From: Selaginella moellendorffii
Lineage: Eukaryota; Plantae; Lycopodiophyta
NCBI RefSeq assembly: GCF_000143415.4
Contig: NW_003314284.1
Coordinates: forward strand, 1,807,715 to 1,871,714
Reading direction: 5' to 3'
Length of the DNA: 64,000 nucleotides
Shown: in pieces, positions 36,116 through 49,115 of the stretch
How positions within the stretch are numbered: position 1 is the first letter of the stretch
How the letters are laid out: the number at the start of each line of letters is the position of its first letter
Made by a program: the position numbers and the translations under genes
Notes under the pieces: model-generated
The model's database searches: none
The model's input: only the letters and a program-made list of their open reading frames with translations
Told to the model about the DNA's origin: nothing

Positions 36116-38699
36116 TTAATACAAGTCATGGGGTGAAAGCCCAAAGTGTGTGTCTCTCAAAAAGGGACAGAAAAGAGTTCCAAAAGTATAGTAGGGATAG
36201 TAAAGTTTAGGAATCAGTTTTGAAGGAACTTTCTAATGATGCTTTTAAATTGACTTGAAGTTGAAATTGAGGCTTAAAAACCTTATATGGGAGTGAGTAT
36301 GGACTTGGGTGGTATCGGAGGGGCCACCCAAGGAAATGCTTAAGAGCAATTCCCACTCCTAAAAGCAAAACTAATTATAATACTCCCAACTTATGTGAAA
36401 TGGTGCCCCACTTGAGTACTTTGTAACTTATTAGTTCTCACTCCTTCTTAAAGCCTTGGGCTTTTCCTTTGGGATAGAAGTATGGGAATAAGGGTACCTA
36501 TACTAAGCCATTAAACCACAATGTTTCCTTTTGGTGTTTTAAAACAAGTGATGCATTTAAGGTTTGGGATTTATAAGGTCTTATGATCAAATCTTGTGGT
36601 ATTAAGGGACATTAAAAACTTGGAAGCTTAGTGTGATTAAGTATTTATGACTGAAGAAAGTGTAACCAAACCTTAAGTCAAATCTAACCTAGGGAAGGGG
36701 ATTGAAAGGGAATTTGGGAATCCATAAATGGTTGGGTAACATTATATTACTTATATAATGAATAGTTGAAGTTAAGTAGGACCAAATAAAAATTGGTATT
36801 ATAGGCGGGAACTTTGGCAAGGGAATTTAAATAAGGCTAAGGCAGTGGTGGTCAGATAAACAAAGTAAATTGACAAATTGGAAAGGAAAAATTTATGATT
36901 TACACAATCAATTATGTATAACCCAACATCATAAGTGATATTTTAAATGCCCAATATATAAATTAAAATTTTATATCTCCTAGGGATATCTTAATAACTA
37001 TCTTAAACTAAACTCTAAAAAATAAATATTAAATAGTAATGGTAATTTAAATTTTATATACAATAAGTACAAAAATAAATTTATGGTTATACAATTATTT
37101 ATTTATTAAAAAAACTAATATTATATATTATAAATATTATAAGTTATAACTAATACTTAAGTTAATAAAAAAATTTAGGTTTTAAATTTATTTAAAATAT
37201 TAAAATTTAAAAGAAATCTATTATTATATTTAACAAGTTTTTGAATTTTTTTAGTAAACATGGTTCCTAGCTAGTTTTAAATTGATATTTAAAAGGCTTA
37301 ATCTTAATCATTCACGAAATTTCTATATAGGAGGATTATAAAAAAGAATTCATACCTCATTTCATTTAATTTTTATATAAGTTAATATGTAGTTCCTACA
37401 TATTACAAATAACTTGTATAGAATTACTTTTTGTTTGCTTTATTGTTCTAGTGGATATTTATAGAATATTTAGGTATATTTTAGGATATTCATCAATCCA
37501 ACAGTTATGATTTTCTTCTCATAAACATTTCACTAAGTCATTTAAACCATTTTTAAGTTTTTGAAGAAGCCAAATCACTTATGCTCAATCACAACTAAAT
37601 TTAGCTTCCTCCTCAACCATGAATTGAGTTAAGAAATCTAAGTTTTTGTGGATAGTACCAAGGCATAGACCACATTCATAAGGAACAACAATGCTTTGAA
37701 TGTGGTGAAATTGTAATGGCCCTTCCACATTTGCTTATCCCCATCACTCTATATTTTTTTGAAGTGTGGCCGAGCATGTCCCTAAGGTGTTGCCATGAAT
37801 CTGCCCTCCTCATCTTATGCACACTAAAGAAGACTGCAATTCACAGATCTCCAGCAGCCACACACTAGTGTCATCCATGAATCAAATCAACCAATTTAAA
37901 GAAACCAACCAAATCTACACAACCAAGCTCCACAACTACATAATTTCTAGGTTTATTCCCTGAGATCTCCTTAATCAAGACCATCTAGTGGCCAATCTGG
38001 TGATATGGGTGCTGCATCAATAACACCAACATAAGCCTTGAGGAGGAACTTACTCTCAGTATAGGTGTTATGAGGAAGCCTTTGAGATCTCCAAGAACAC
38101 AATTCCGGAGGGGTTTGCTCCTAGGCAGAGTTGGTTTACCAAAGTTGGTTCTACTATTCATGCATATCCAAGGATTACAAGCTCCCACCTTATAAGTCTT
38201 AAAGTGCAAGGTTGAGAGTAGAATATTCCTTGAATATTTGGAGATTCTTATATAAAAACTTATATGGAGTGGAGCATGCTTTTCTCACTCATCTCTAAAT
38301 GAATTTCCTTTTGTTTGGTAAAGAGTTTATAGTCTCCTCTTTCCAACAAGGTATGGCATTGACTTAGCCATGAAGTGAACTTGGAAATATTTACATTTCT
38401 TAATTGTAGTGCACACTTATTATGTGCACAACACATTTTCTTGGAGCATGCCATCTAGCTGGAGAACTCCTCAACTCTAAGTGCTTAAGTACTTAAATCT
38501 GAGTTAGATATATACTGAGTAATCACTCTTGGTCACAATTGAGCCATATATAACCACATGCAATTAGTTTTCTCTTAGATACATTTGGAGGTTCAATCAC
38601 TTGAATTTTGGGATATAGTGCATGGTTGTGGCACTATTGGGCTTGTTATGAGCATCTTGAGGACATCTACCACCACACCAAACATTGCCTCCATCCATG

Positions 38700-41600
38700 T
38701 TTAATATTGTGAGTTTGAAAGATTTTCATGGGGTTTTCTTAACTTTTTTAGTGAATTTTCATGTCTAGGGTTTGGTCTAGGTCACTAGAGAGAATTCCTT
38801 GTCTTTTATATATTTATTTTTTATTACTCTTTCTTGTTTTATGTTTATTGGAGGGATTTGGCTTGTGTGAGAATATTTTTTTTCATTTCCTTATTATTTT
38901 TTGGTAAGCATGAGCTGTTTGAGTCTTTGCGTGGTTTTGAGTGATCCATATTTCTTTTTCTGAATCTCAATTTTTACCCAAAGGCAGCATTTATGACACA
39001 TATAATAGTTGATGCCGGTTTAGACTTGGGCTAAGAGCTCTACTTATTCATGTGTGTTTTATCCACAAAGTACTCTTTCTAGGAAGTATTCAAGGCTCAT
39101 GAAGGAGCTTGAATATCTTCTTGGCCCAAATATTTGTAAGGCTTCCTCTGCTACAACACATCCTATTGACGGGCATTTATTTCTTTTTTTAAGATGGAGC
39201 CTCTTGGTATCCATGTCCTCTAGCACTCCATGGAGATGCTATGGTTCATTCATGGACAAGGTGTTGATGCTGAAAATACATCCAACTCTTTGCCACATAT
39301 ATTGCATGACAAAGACCTTGTCCGCAAGCATTTCTTGCTTTCTCTTTGCGGCAAAACATATGAGTGGGTGACTTCTCTCCTTCCTGCAGAGTGGCTAGAC
39401 CTTGAGATAGTGATAAGAAAGTTCCGCAAGAAGTTTGGCAATGATAGGACTGACTAGCAACTTTTCCCTTTTTGGCAGCGACACAATAAGAGTGTGGTAG
39501 GTTATGTCATCTACTTCAAACATCACTAGAAGGTGTGCCTTGCTTAGAACTTTATAGAGGACAAGAAACTAGTCATCTTTTTTTGTCCAAGATCTCAAGC
39601 TAATAATCTAGCGTAAAGTTGCAAAGAAATGACACATAGCATGCACTGATGCCTTTGATCATGCTGAGGAGCTAGAGCAAGAGTACCTCCAGGACTTGGT
39701 CATCCCAGCCAACACTGAGAATGATAATGCCATTGACAGGCATTTATTCCAGCAGCCAAAAATTGTGCCTTAGCTCACAGTATGCTAGCTGTTTCAATCA
39801 AGGAGAAACTCCCACCAGCGATTACAAAAGCACTTGATGAGCTTGCAACTTACAAGCAGTTGATCCAAAAACAACAACAGTAACACGACAAGTTGATAGA
39901 GGAGCTGAGGTCACTCAAGCTCCAGTCTTAGGCCGCACAAGTGAGCAAGCCTTTTGGAAGATGGTGGTGTATGTAAGTTTCCACATATAGCACCGACTAT
40001 TGTTGGACATTCCATTTGGAGTAGCGGCCATCAAGGTCAGGAACAACCTCTTGTTAACAACAACTCACTTCAGACACTTCAAGACCAACAAGCACTTAAG
40101 ACATCACCATCTTCGTCAAGTCACAACAAGGAGAAAGTTATCTCAACAATCTGGATTGCTGAAGAGGTGCATGCACATATTTCTGTCACCAAGGCTCAAA
40201 GGAAGAAACTCACTACTGTAGAGGAGGCTTGATGGTGCCAAGAAACTAGCTGCAATTGTAGACACATGCTTCTGTTGTTATATGTGTCCAGAAGAGTTTA
40301 AAAGATTTACCTCATTTGTCTTGTCACTAACTGTCATCATGCCACACCTCCAATTGGTTTGACAATTCATTGCCACAAGCCATGGTTGACTAAGGATGAT
40401 GGAGTTCACATCTATCCTAGTGCTTGGAAGTTGACCACAATGAAGGCTTGCAAAGGTTTTGAGCAGCACAGTCATGTTGCCTGAAAGAGAAGCTGTAGAA
40501 TGTCCACCAGGTGAAAAGAAATCACATTTGTCAAAGAACCAAAGTCAAAAAGGCCTTTACTATCCTCTAATTGTAACATTCGTGAGAAATGCCCTGGGAT
40601 CTGGGAGGATCTCAAGTCCACAATCTGGACTAACTGTCTAAGACCTTATATAGGAGTTGGAGGGCTGGGCTAATGCTTGGCAAATGCCTCAAGTCACTGT
40701 GAGAAACCAAGAATACTCCATAAAAGCTTGTTGAGTGAAATTGAGCAATTGGTGTCAACTAGCTGTTGTATAAGAGACTCGGGCACATCTGAGTGTGGAG
40801 GGAATACCTGGTTAGATCTGGTATAAAAAATTGGAGCCAATCCAAATGTCTACATGTTGGGAATTGTGAAGGATGTGGATGCTAGTTTACAAGCCAAGGC
40901 CAATCAAGTGCTCAAGGAGATCTCCTTAGAGATCATTCAAGACTTCGCTCTTCCAGTTGTCCATTTCCTTCAATGCAACATGATCAAACATGTCATAAGA
41001 CTCTTGTCAATCCTTGATAACAGACAGCTTGATTCTACCCATGATATCTCATGGGTTGTGGCCATGAACTTCCACATGCCTATAACCATCACCACCTTAA
41101 GCCTGCATGGTAGTTATATGGCCTTGCTTGAGTAGACATTTATCTATGCATTAATTCTGCTTATCCCCAAAGCTTGTAATTTCTCCAAATTTTCCCCAAG
41201 GTTCTTGCTTTTCTTTTACATCACTATCTTCTACACACCCTCATCTTTATTTCTATCCATTCATCTTTATACTTTCATTGCTCACTCACTTTTAAAGGCA
41301 TTGCCCATTCACTGCTATTAATACCCCAATTTATTTCATCACTTTTTCACCCTGGGATACAAGGCCATGGCTTTATCAAACATATTTTTCATGTTGTGCA
41401 GCAACAAAAATCAGCAAAACTAGATGAAGCAATCATAAGTTCTCTTTAAGACCGTGATGCATTATCACATTTTTGGAGTGCCTTTTCTTTAGACCTAGCT
41501 ACAGACACCAAGCCACTTTCTCAATGTAGACTAGTTGGTTGACATTGCTCTCTTTAGTTCTGTACACTCTGTGGATATTACTATTATTTCCCGCATCATC

Positions 41601-42000
41601 CAAACAGTTGCAAATTCATGGTTTGACAAGCAGTCACTTTTCACATTATATTCATCCTTTCATTCTTTCTTTCTTTTCATTTTCATCTTCCCCTGGAACC
41701 TTGGGCAAATTTGTAAGTAGTATGAGGTATTTTTGAGAAGTGTAGAAGCCTTTGAGCTGAAGATCTAAGTTTGTGTTCTCTCCTCTTGAGTTCATTCCCC
41801 TTGAATTAAGAACTCCATCTTATCTCTCTTCCACCTTTTAATCAGTTTTTTTCTTGCCCTAGTAACTACCATCTTCTGGCATTTATTGTGGCCACATCAC
41901 CTCATCTTGCAACAGTTGTCTTTGTGCTAAGGTCATGATCACCTCCACCACCATTTGGGATAGTTAGGGTGCCCACAAGAACATCATGCATCAATTTGCT
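38700..42000 (+). mobile_element. Old, heavily decayed LTR-retrotransposon relic (gag-like and weak integrase-like fragments)
   Basis: Gag-like 'LVRKHFLLSLCGKTYEWVTSL...IVIRKFRKKFG' at 39320-39440; weak 'SWVVAMNF' integrase-like stretch at ~41050; CpG-depleted with many stops. Boundaries uncertain. Confidence 0.5.
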
Positions 42001-42119
42001 TGTCAAAGCTAGTTGGGTGAGGACTTCCTGCATAAGCTAATGCCGGCTCCATGCATAGCCCGATGAAAAACAGGCATTACGTATCTCTAATAGCGTCATC
42101 TTGTCTTACACCTCTATGT

Positions 42120-43490
42120 CGGAAGCAGTAGCCTGGTCACGAGCAGGTTTGGCTTGTCCACTTTCTTCCTTCCTACCTATCAGACTGGAGTTCCTTAGAG
42201 AAGTTGATACCGGTGGTTCAAGGAGCAACAGAGTTGCGGAGCCTCTTCTTTAGGAGCCAGAGTGACTTGGCCTGCGAGGTGCAGTGCCTCGTCTCTGACT
42301 AAAAGAAGAGTTCCATCCACAAGTTCCTGGACTTCAAGACCTCAGTCCGACTAAGAACTGAGTCCGTTTCACTCGATCCGTCATGCTCGTCGATGCTCTT
42401 GTCGTCCAGTGGAGATGGATATCCGGAACAGACGACCGCGTTGGACGTGGTTGCAGGCCCTGAGTTTTTGTGGGGCGTTGAAAAGGAGAATTTTTCGTTC
42501 CAGATGCTCGAGGAAAGGCGGATGCTCGAGCGACAAGCTTGCAACAGCCAGTGTACTTTCATGGGACTCCGGATTTCGTTGTATGCTACGTCGTTATGGA
42601 ACTTTATGCCAACTCTTCGTGCTCCGGTTTAATTCGAGGAGCTTAGTACCAGTGTCACCATACTTTGATCTTGGCGAGCCAAGCTCCTGGGTAAAGTTCG
42701 TCCCAACGATGACCAAGCTCTACTTTCTACTGCAAGGAATGCAGGAACTCTACGACCAAGTTCCCTCTCTTCATAGGTATGTGTTCGCTTTGGTGATTGA
42801 TCGATCATGCTTCGTGTTTCGTTGCTACGAACAGGTTGCTCTACAAACGCTTGAAGCAAGGGTGGTCGACCATCAGACTTACTTCCCGGGGATGCCTCAA
42901 GGAGATCCGAGACTGGCCAGACTTCTCGGATGAATGGGGTACACTTCGATTCGATCGAGAGTGCTTACCAACTTTCCAAAATCAACACTGCCAACAGGGG
43001 AAGGTGGAGCCCGAGGCCTGCTCGTGATGAACACGAGCTCAAGTCCGTGGCTTACTCCATTGCAGAGCACTTGACCTCCTCCAGAACGAAGGTAAGAATC
43101 AGATTCTCTTGAGGCTGTTGCATGACATACAGGGGTTCATCGCGATGTGAGATGGGCCAACGTTGCCTATGATCATGCCGCCGGGTCGTGGTTCTTGCTG
43201 GATCTGGAAGCGGTGTGTGGGAGTGGACAAAAGCTAAAGCTAAATTTCCGGGACTGGGACGATACACGCTGGACGAGCTCAGGACGTACACTGACGAGTT
43301 GGATATGTGTCAGCTGGGAGTGATGCTGGAGAAGCTGATCACGCGGGCGGCGGGTGGTGGTGGAAAGAGGAGGATCGAGCGAAGATGGGCTCGCTTTATC
43401 AGCAAGCTCAAGTCCAAGAGGATGGAGACGAGCTCTTTGGCTCTCAAGGAGGAGTGGCTCTCGGAGAAAGTCGAGAGTGATCGTAAATAA
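42120..43490 (+). pseudogene. Crinkler (CRN/CR)-like restriction-endonuclease + kinase gene, frameshifted
   Basis: REase-like 'YPEQTT...FLWGVEKE' and 'HGTPDFVVCYVV-fs-GTLCQLFVLRF..LVPVSPYFDL'; kinase 'VHRDVRWANVAYDHAAGSWFLLDLE' at 43135-43209 after intron 43092-43132; 'YTDELDMCQLGVML..RFISKL'. Confidence 0.65.
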
Positions 43491-43933
43491 GATTGTGTTT
43501 ACAGTCTTAGGATCAAAGATCCAAGGGGAAGCTAAAAAGTTCCAGCAGCACCTTCATTGTAGTGGTATCTGGATGGCCACCTCCAGCAACGACGGTCAAA
43601 GAAAACAGTCAGAGCGATTCAATTTCGCGATCGTGCTCTTGCTGTTGATCACTCCAGGAGCCTGGTTCTTCTGGTCCCCTTCCCGACAGATATTGGTAGC
43701 ATCGAGAGAGCGACGTTGACTGGCTCAAAGTGCGCTTTGGTCACCACTTCATACGTCTACAAATTAGTAGATAGTAATATTCAGAATTTGGCTCGCTATA
43801 GGAAGGTAGTATTTTGTTCTCGCCCCATGGCGTCAAAAAGATCTCAGCTGATTTAATTCAAGCACCAAATCCGTAAGATAGCAAAAATCAATCGAGAAAA
43901 GTGAGAGGTGACCACTTACTTTCGTCTTCGTTG

Positions 43934-44258
43934 TCATTCAAGGGCAGTCCACTGGGGGTCACAAACCAGGAATCCATGAGACTGACTGTGTCGATGAGTT
44001 TTGCTAGAAATGCGTGTGCTGGTGCGCTTAGCTCGCCCAGGCACAGAGAGATCTTCTTCAGTATGATATCTGGTAAACAAACGTTTCAATTCAATTTCTA
44101 ATCCAATTAATATAATACTTGTCCCATGCTGTGTCTTGTCGTCGCATGCTGGCAAAAATGGTTGTGAAATCGTTTCCAAATCCAGTATGAAGTAGGAGCC
44201 TGTGGTGTAATCAAATGCTACATTCCAGAGACGGATGTCTTGATGGAGTGGCGGCACT
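43934..44258 (-). pseudogene. Second Crinkler-like kinase fragment
   Basis: 'LHQDIRLWNVAFDYTTGSYFILDLE' aligns with 'VHRDVRWANVAYDHAAGSWFLLDLE' and is preceded by a splice acceptor at the equivalent position. Confidence 0.6.
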
Positions 44259-44338
44259 GGAAAAAAAAACACAAAAATTACTCTATAAGTTCTAAATATT
44301 TCCAATCTTTACACTTTTTTTATGGTATATATTTACTA

Positions 44339-44510
44339 TGTGAGGGCCAAGTGTACGGCTACGATGCTGTATGCTAATATTAGCGTAGTGGATTTTGGTA
44401 GCCGTTGGATTGGTTTCAATCCGGACTATTCGCTCCTGTATATAAGCTAGGGTTTAGGCTAATTGATATACACATTTTTGTATTCCCTTTCCATATTCCA
44501 TGCACTCACA
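44339..44510 (+). repeat. 5' LTR (172 bp)
   Basis: tgtgagggcc...gcactcaca, inverted termini tgtgag/ctcaca, internal TATA (tatataa); direct repeat of 49116-49289. Confidence 0.97.
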
Positions 44511-44511
44511 T

Positions 44512-44522
44512 TGGTGGAGATG
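44512..44522 (+). promoter_or_regulatory. Primer binding site complementary to the tRNA-Ala 3' end
   Basis: TGGTGGAGATG, 1 nt after the LTR, is the reverse complement of CAUCUCCACCA, the 3' end of plant tRNA-Ala as I recall it. Confidence 0.7.
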
Positions 44523-45668
44523 AAGGGCACCTTTGATTGTCCCTAGGGAGTGCTTGGATTTGGGATTTCGGTTTAGATATAACTTTTGCATCGTTTAGAT
44601 CTAGCTTTTTTCATTTTCTTTCTTTTGTTCTTTCCTTTCAGGATTTTGGTTTAGATCTAGCTTTTTGCATTGTCTAGATCTACCATTTCTTTCCAGCTTT
44701 TTTTGTCATTTCTCTTCTTTTGCTCTTTCTTTTTAGTTCATCTTCATGGCTGATCTGCAATCTCCTCCTTTGACTCTAGAGCAGCAGTTGGTTCAATTGC
44801 TTGATGCTATGCGCTTGCAATTGAACAACCAAACTCAGTTGATGGCGGCGTTCACGGCACGTGGTATAACTCCTCCTGCTCTTGGTGCCAATCCTCGCGT
44901 TCGGCCGGAGTTCTTTCGCGGGAATCCTAGGGATGATGTGTACTATTGGTTTGATCACTTTACGGTGATTGCCACATATCATTCTTGGGATGATGCTCGA
45001 TAGTTGCGTGAGTTTCCCACGTGTCTCCAAGGGACGGCGTTGCAATGGTACAATGGTTTGAGTGCAGCCACTCGTGGGGATTGGAGTGTTCTCCCGGACG
45101 TCTTCAAACGCACTTTCAGACATGCCGATGATTGTGATGATGCTTTCCAACAATTGCATCGTCTTCGCCAAGGGCCATCTGAGTCAGTGATGCAATTTGG
45201 CATTCGTTTCCGAAGTCTTTTGCTTCATGCAGAGCCAAATATGTCGGAGCCAAATATGTCGGAGCGGATCAAGCTAGGAATGTTGTGGCCAGCACTTCGT
45301 CAAGATCTTGTCGGACTTGTGCATGCACTTGCTCTTGCCACCCTTGACGATGCTCTTCACTTGGCACAATGTTATGAGACGTTGCCTCTTCCACTTCTCA
45401 CTGCACGTCCTTCCGCTCCACTTCCTATGGGTGATGGTCCTGTTCCAATGGAGGTTGATGCTGCTGCTGCTCGAGTCCAAGGACAAGCGCGAGGACGTGG
45501 TCGTGGCCGTGATGTTCGTTGCTGAGCGTGTGATGAAGTTGGTCATACCTATCGGCGTTGCCGTCGTTTTCCGGATTGGCGACCTCCATTTCCTGGGTGG
45601 AGACCTTGGCGTCAGCAACGTCCCCTGGGTGCTGCTGCAGTGGAAGGTCTGGACACCGAGATGCATCC

Positions 45669-45730
45669 GGGAAACGAGGAGTCGCGCAAGTAACGGAGGG
45701 ACCTTGTGCGAATAAATCAGTGACCCCTCC
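45669..45730 (+). promoter_or_regulatory. -1 programmed ribosomal frameshift signal (slippery heptamer + H-type pseudoknot)
   Basis: G GGA AAC in gag phase, 6-nt spacer, stem 1 tcgcgcaag/cttgtgcga, stem 2 ggaggg/ccctcc; the -1 frame is the protease frame. Confidence 0.8.
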
Positions 45731-48700
45731 ATCTTTCTTTCGGGAGTATCATCAAGGGGTTCACTTGGCACTAGTTCATTTAGTGTTTACTTTCCAAGCT
45801 TGTTTTTATAACAAGAGGTCTCCTATTATTCTCTCCGTGTTGGTTGATACAAGTTCGAGTTTATCTTCTATTGCTCGACCTGTTGCCACACGTTGTCGTC
45901 TACACTTGTGTTATGCGGCAGAACCAGTTTTCATTCTTTATGGCAACGGCCGTACACATGCATGTGCACGGGATGAGGTGGACCTGGTTGTGCGTGTGGG
46001 CGATCTCGAGCTTGAGTTGCATTCGTTGCGGGTGGTGTCGAGTCAAGCTTTTGACCTCATTCTTGGTATGGATTAGTTGCAGCGCGACTTTGCCCCTTCA
46101 TCCCTCTACTTTTACCTCTGCTTCCATTACTTTTGTTCCCCCACTCTTTCCTTCTGTGTTTCCATCTTGTTCTGCTTTTCCCTTTTCCAATCCCTCCGAC
46201 GCTCTTTGTGTTGCAGCAGTTGACCGGCTCATAAAAGAGTATTCTGATCTCTTTGAATTTGACCTATCGTCTGGGGCCAAGATTGCCACACGTCATCCGA
46301 TTCCAACCGGGGATGCTCGTCCAATCAAGGTTCCTGTTCGTTGTCGGTCACCTAAGGAGATCAAGATTTTACGAGCAAACGTCAAGGAAATGCTGGAGAA
46401 GGGTGTTATTCGGACGTCGCGGAGTCTTTGGGCATGTGAACCTCATCTTGTGATGAAGCCTGATGGGAGTATTCGTTTCTGCATCGACTATCGTCCGTTA
46501 AACGAAGTGACGATCCCAGATGTGTATCCTCTTCCTCACATTGCTGATCTCTTGGATCGTCTGGGGCGAAGTTGTTGGTTCACCAAGCTAGATTTTGCTT
46601 CTGGGTATTGGCAAGTACCGATGGCCGAAGAAGATATTCCTAAGACTACTTTTCGTACACCATTTGGTTTGTACGAGTTCTTGGTGATGCCGTTTGGTTT
46701 GAACAATGCTCCAACAACTTTCCAGCGGATGATGGATGAGGTTCTTTGCGATATGCCGGAGGTGACTACTGACTTCATTGATGATGTCTTGATCCACTCG
46801 GAGGGGACGTGGGAGGAGCATGTTCGTGATGTTTGTAAAGTGTTGGATCGGTTACGTGATGTTGGTTTAAAGCTGAAGCGGTCAAAGTGCGTGTTTGGGT
46901 CCAAGGACACAACTTATCTTGGGTACCGTATTTCTCGTGAGGGTTTGCAAGTTGATCCTGACAAACTTGTGGCTGTTCTAAAGTTCCCTACTCCGAAGTG
47001 TGTGAATGATGTGCAGCGCTTTTTGGGTAAGGTGCAGTATCTCGGTCATTTTGTGGATCATCTTTCCGATCGCACTACACCATTGCGAATGTTGCTGAAG
47101 TCATCAACGTCATCTTTCATCTGGTCTCTGGATTGTGAGCGGGCGTTCGTGGATCTCAAAGAGCTATTAACGACTTCTCCGGTTTTGGCATATCCTGACT
47201 ACACTCGACCTTTTATTTTGCACATGGATGCTTCTGACATTGGTCTTGGAGGTGTGTTGATGCAAGAGAGCTCGAGTGTGCTTGGTCAGTGCCATCCCAT
47301 TGCATACATAAGCCGTACATTACAACCAGCGGAGATGAACTACTCCACGACGAAGAAGGAGTGTTTAGCAGCAATCTGGGGTTTCGAGAAACTTCATGCC
47401 TATCTACATGGTTCTCGGACGTTACTTGAAGGTGACCATGCTGCTGTTACTTCATTATTGAAGCGGAAGAACCTGGTTGGTCGTACGGCTCGATGGGCTT
47501 TGAAGTTTCAGATATATGATTTCGATGTTATTCATCGCCCAGGGAGTTCTATGGCTGATGCTGATGCCCTTTCTCGAGCTCCTCTTCCTTCTCCACTCAC
47601 TTCTCATATTTCTGACGAACCTGTTGTTCCAGCGTCTGTGGATTTTCTAGATGAGGATTCTATGCCGTCGGCGGTTGCTATCCTTGACGTTCAGTGTCCA
47701 TAGGGCATAGCGCAAGATTTACCTTCTCTTGATGAGGTTCGCGAGGCTTAAAAGATTGAGCCGTGGATTCGAAGGCTTCGAGATGGGTTTAAGAATCCTG
47801 CATCACTTGCTGATGACTTGCCTTTCCGGCATTTACATTCTCAATATCGCCTTAAAGATGGCTTTCTTTATTTTGTGGGGACGGATCCTGATGATCATTT
47901 ATGGTTGGTGGTGCTTTCGGTGTTTATTCCGCGGTTTCTCCATGCCTACCATGATTCTCCTGTTCTAGATGGGCATATAGGACACCGTCGTGTCACCGAG
48001 AAGCTGTGCAGGTCTTTTTATTAGCCGGAGATGCGAGGTGATATTATCCGGTATGTGCGTAGCTGCGTTTGGTGCCAAACTCGTAATACTCCCCCTTGTG
48101 CTGCGGAGGGACGGTTGGAGTCAATTGCAGTTTCCCGTCCATTTGAGTTGGTGGCATTTGATCTTATGGGACCTTTTCCACGATCGACTGCTGGCAATGA
48201 GTATGTTATTATTGCTTCTGACTACTTGACTCGTTGGGTGGAAGTTAGTGCTCTTGCTAGCGCCTCTACAACTGCTGTTGGATACTTCCTCCTCAATCGA
48301 GTGGTGTTTCAGCATTCTTGTCTAGAGCGGATTCTTTCGGATAATGGTCTTGCATTTATGGCTGAGGTATTTCATGTTTTGACATCTCGGTTGGGGATAC
48401 ACCACACTTTTACGAGTATTTATCATCCACAATCAGATAGTCTGGTGAAACGGCTCGTTCGGACATTTAAAGGGATGTTTGCGAAGTATGTGAACTTTCA
48501 GCATTCGGATTGGGATAGTTATTTGCCGTCTCTTCGGTATGCCTATGTCACAGGGGTGCAAAGTTCTGTTGGTGCTTCACCATATAAACTTCTATATGAT
48601 CATAATCCAATATTACCAACAGAGTTGGGTTTACCTTCGCGATTGCCATGAGCTCCTGATGCTAGGTCATGGGATCAGTATTTGACAAACATTCTTCCAC

Positions 48701-49100
48701 TTGTCCAAGCAGAGTTTGCCGAACACTTAGGCCGCGTACAAGTGGGACAACAACAGCGCTACAACTCCCATCATTGTCCACCTGTGGAATACAAAGTGGA
48801 TGATTTGGTGTTAGTCCGTTTTCCCCATCTTACGGTACGTGGTTTATCTAAGGGGCTCCTTGCACAGTGGAAAGGACTGTATCGGGTGTTGCAGCAAGTT
48901 GGACAACAAGTTTATGAGGTTTGGCATGACATTCAGCAGGCCGATCCTCCGGAGATTGTGCATGTGCAGCAGTTAAAACGCTTCATACAAAGGGATCAGG
49001 AGCAGTTAATACCGTCTACAGATCCGCCGATGCCTCCTCCTGACGTTCCTCTAGATCCCGGCCCATCTAGAAGAGAACCCTGACGGCCTTCCATTATTCT

Positions 49101-49115
49101 GAGAGGAGGGGATGA
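49101..49115 (+). promoter_or_regulatory. Polypurine tract
   Basis: gagaggaggggatga immediately 5' of the 3' LTR. Confidence 0.9.

Noticed and set aside
35752-36119. S/K/T-rich and D/L/S-rich ORFs
   Set aside because: Translations of a degenerate hexamer repeat.
36120-38700. Possible LTR or Helitron in AT-rich DNA
   Set aside because: No paired termini, TSD or coding motif could be established.
45232-45265. 15-bp tandem duplication in gag (EPNMS x2)
   Set aside because: In-frame slippage event with no further significance evident.
46074-46110. Second frame change between protease and RT
   Set aside because: No slippery site or structure; most simply a post-insertion indel.
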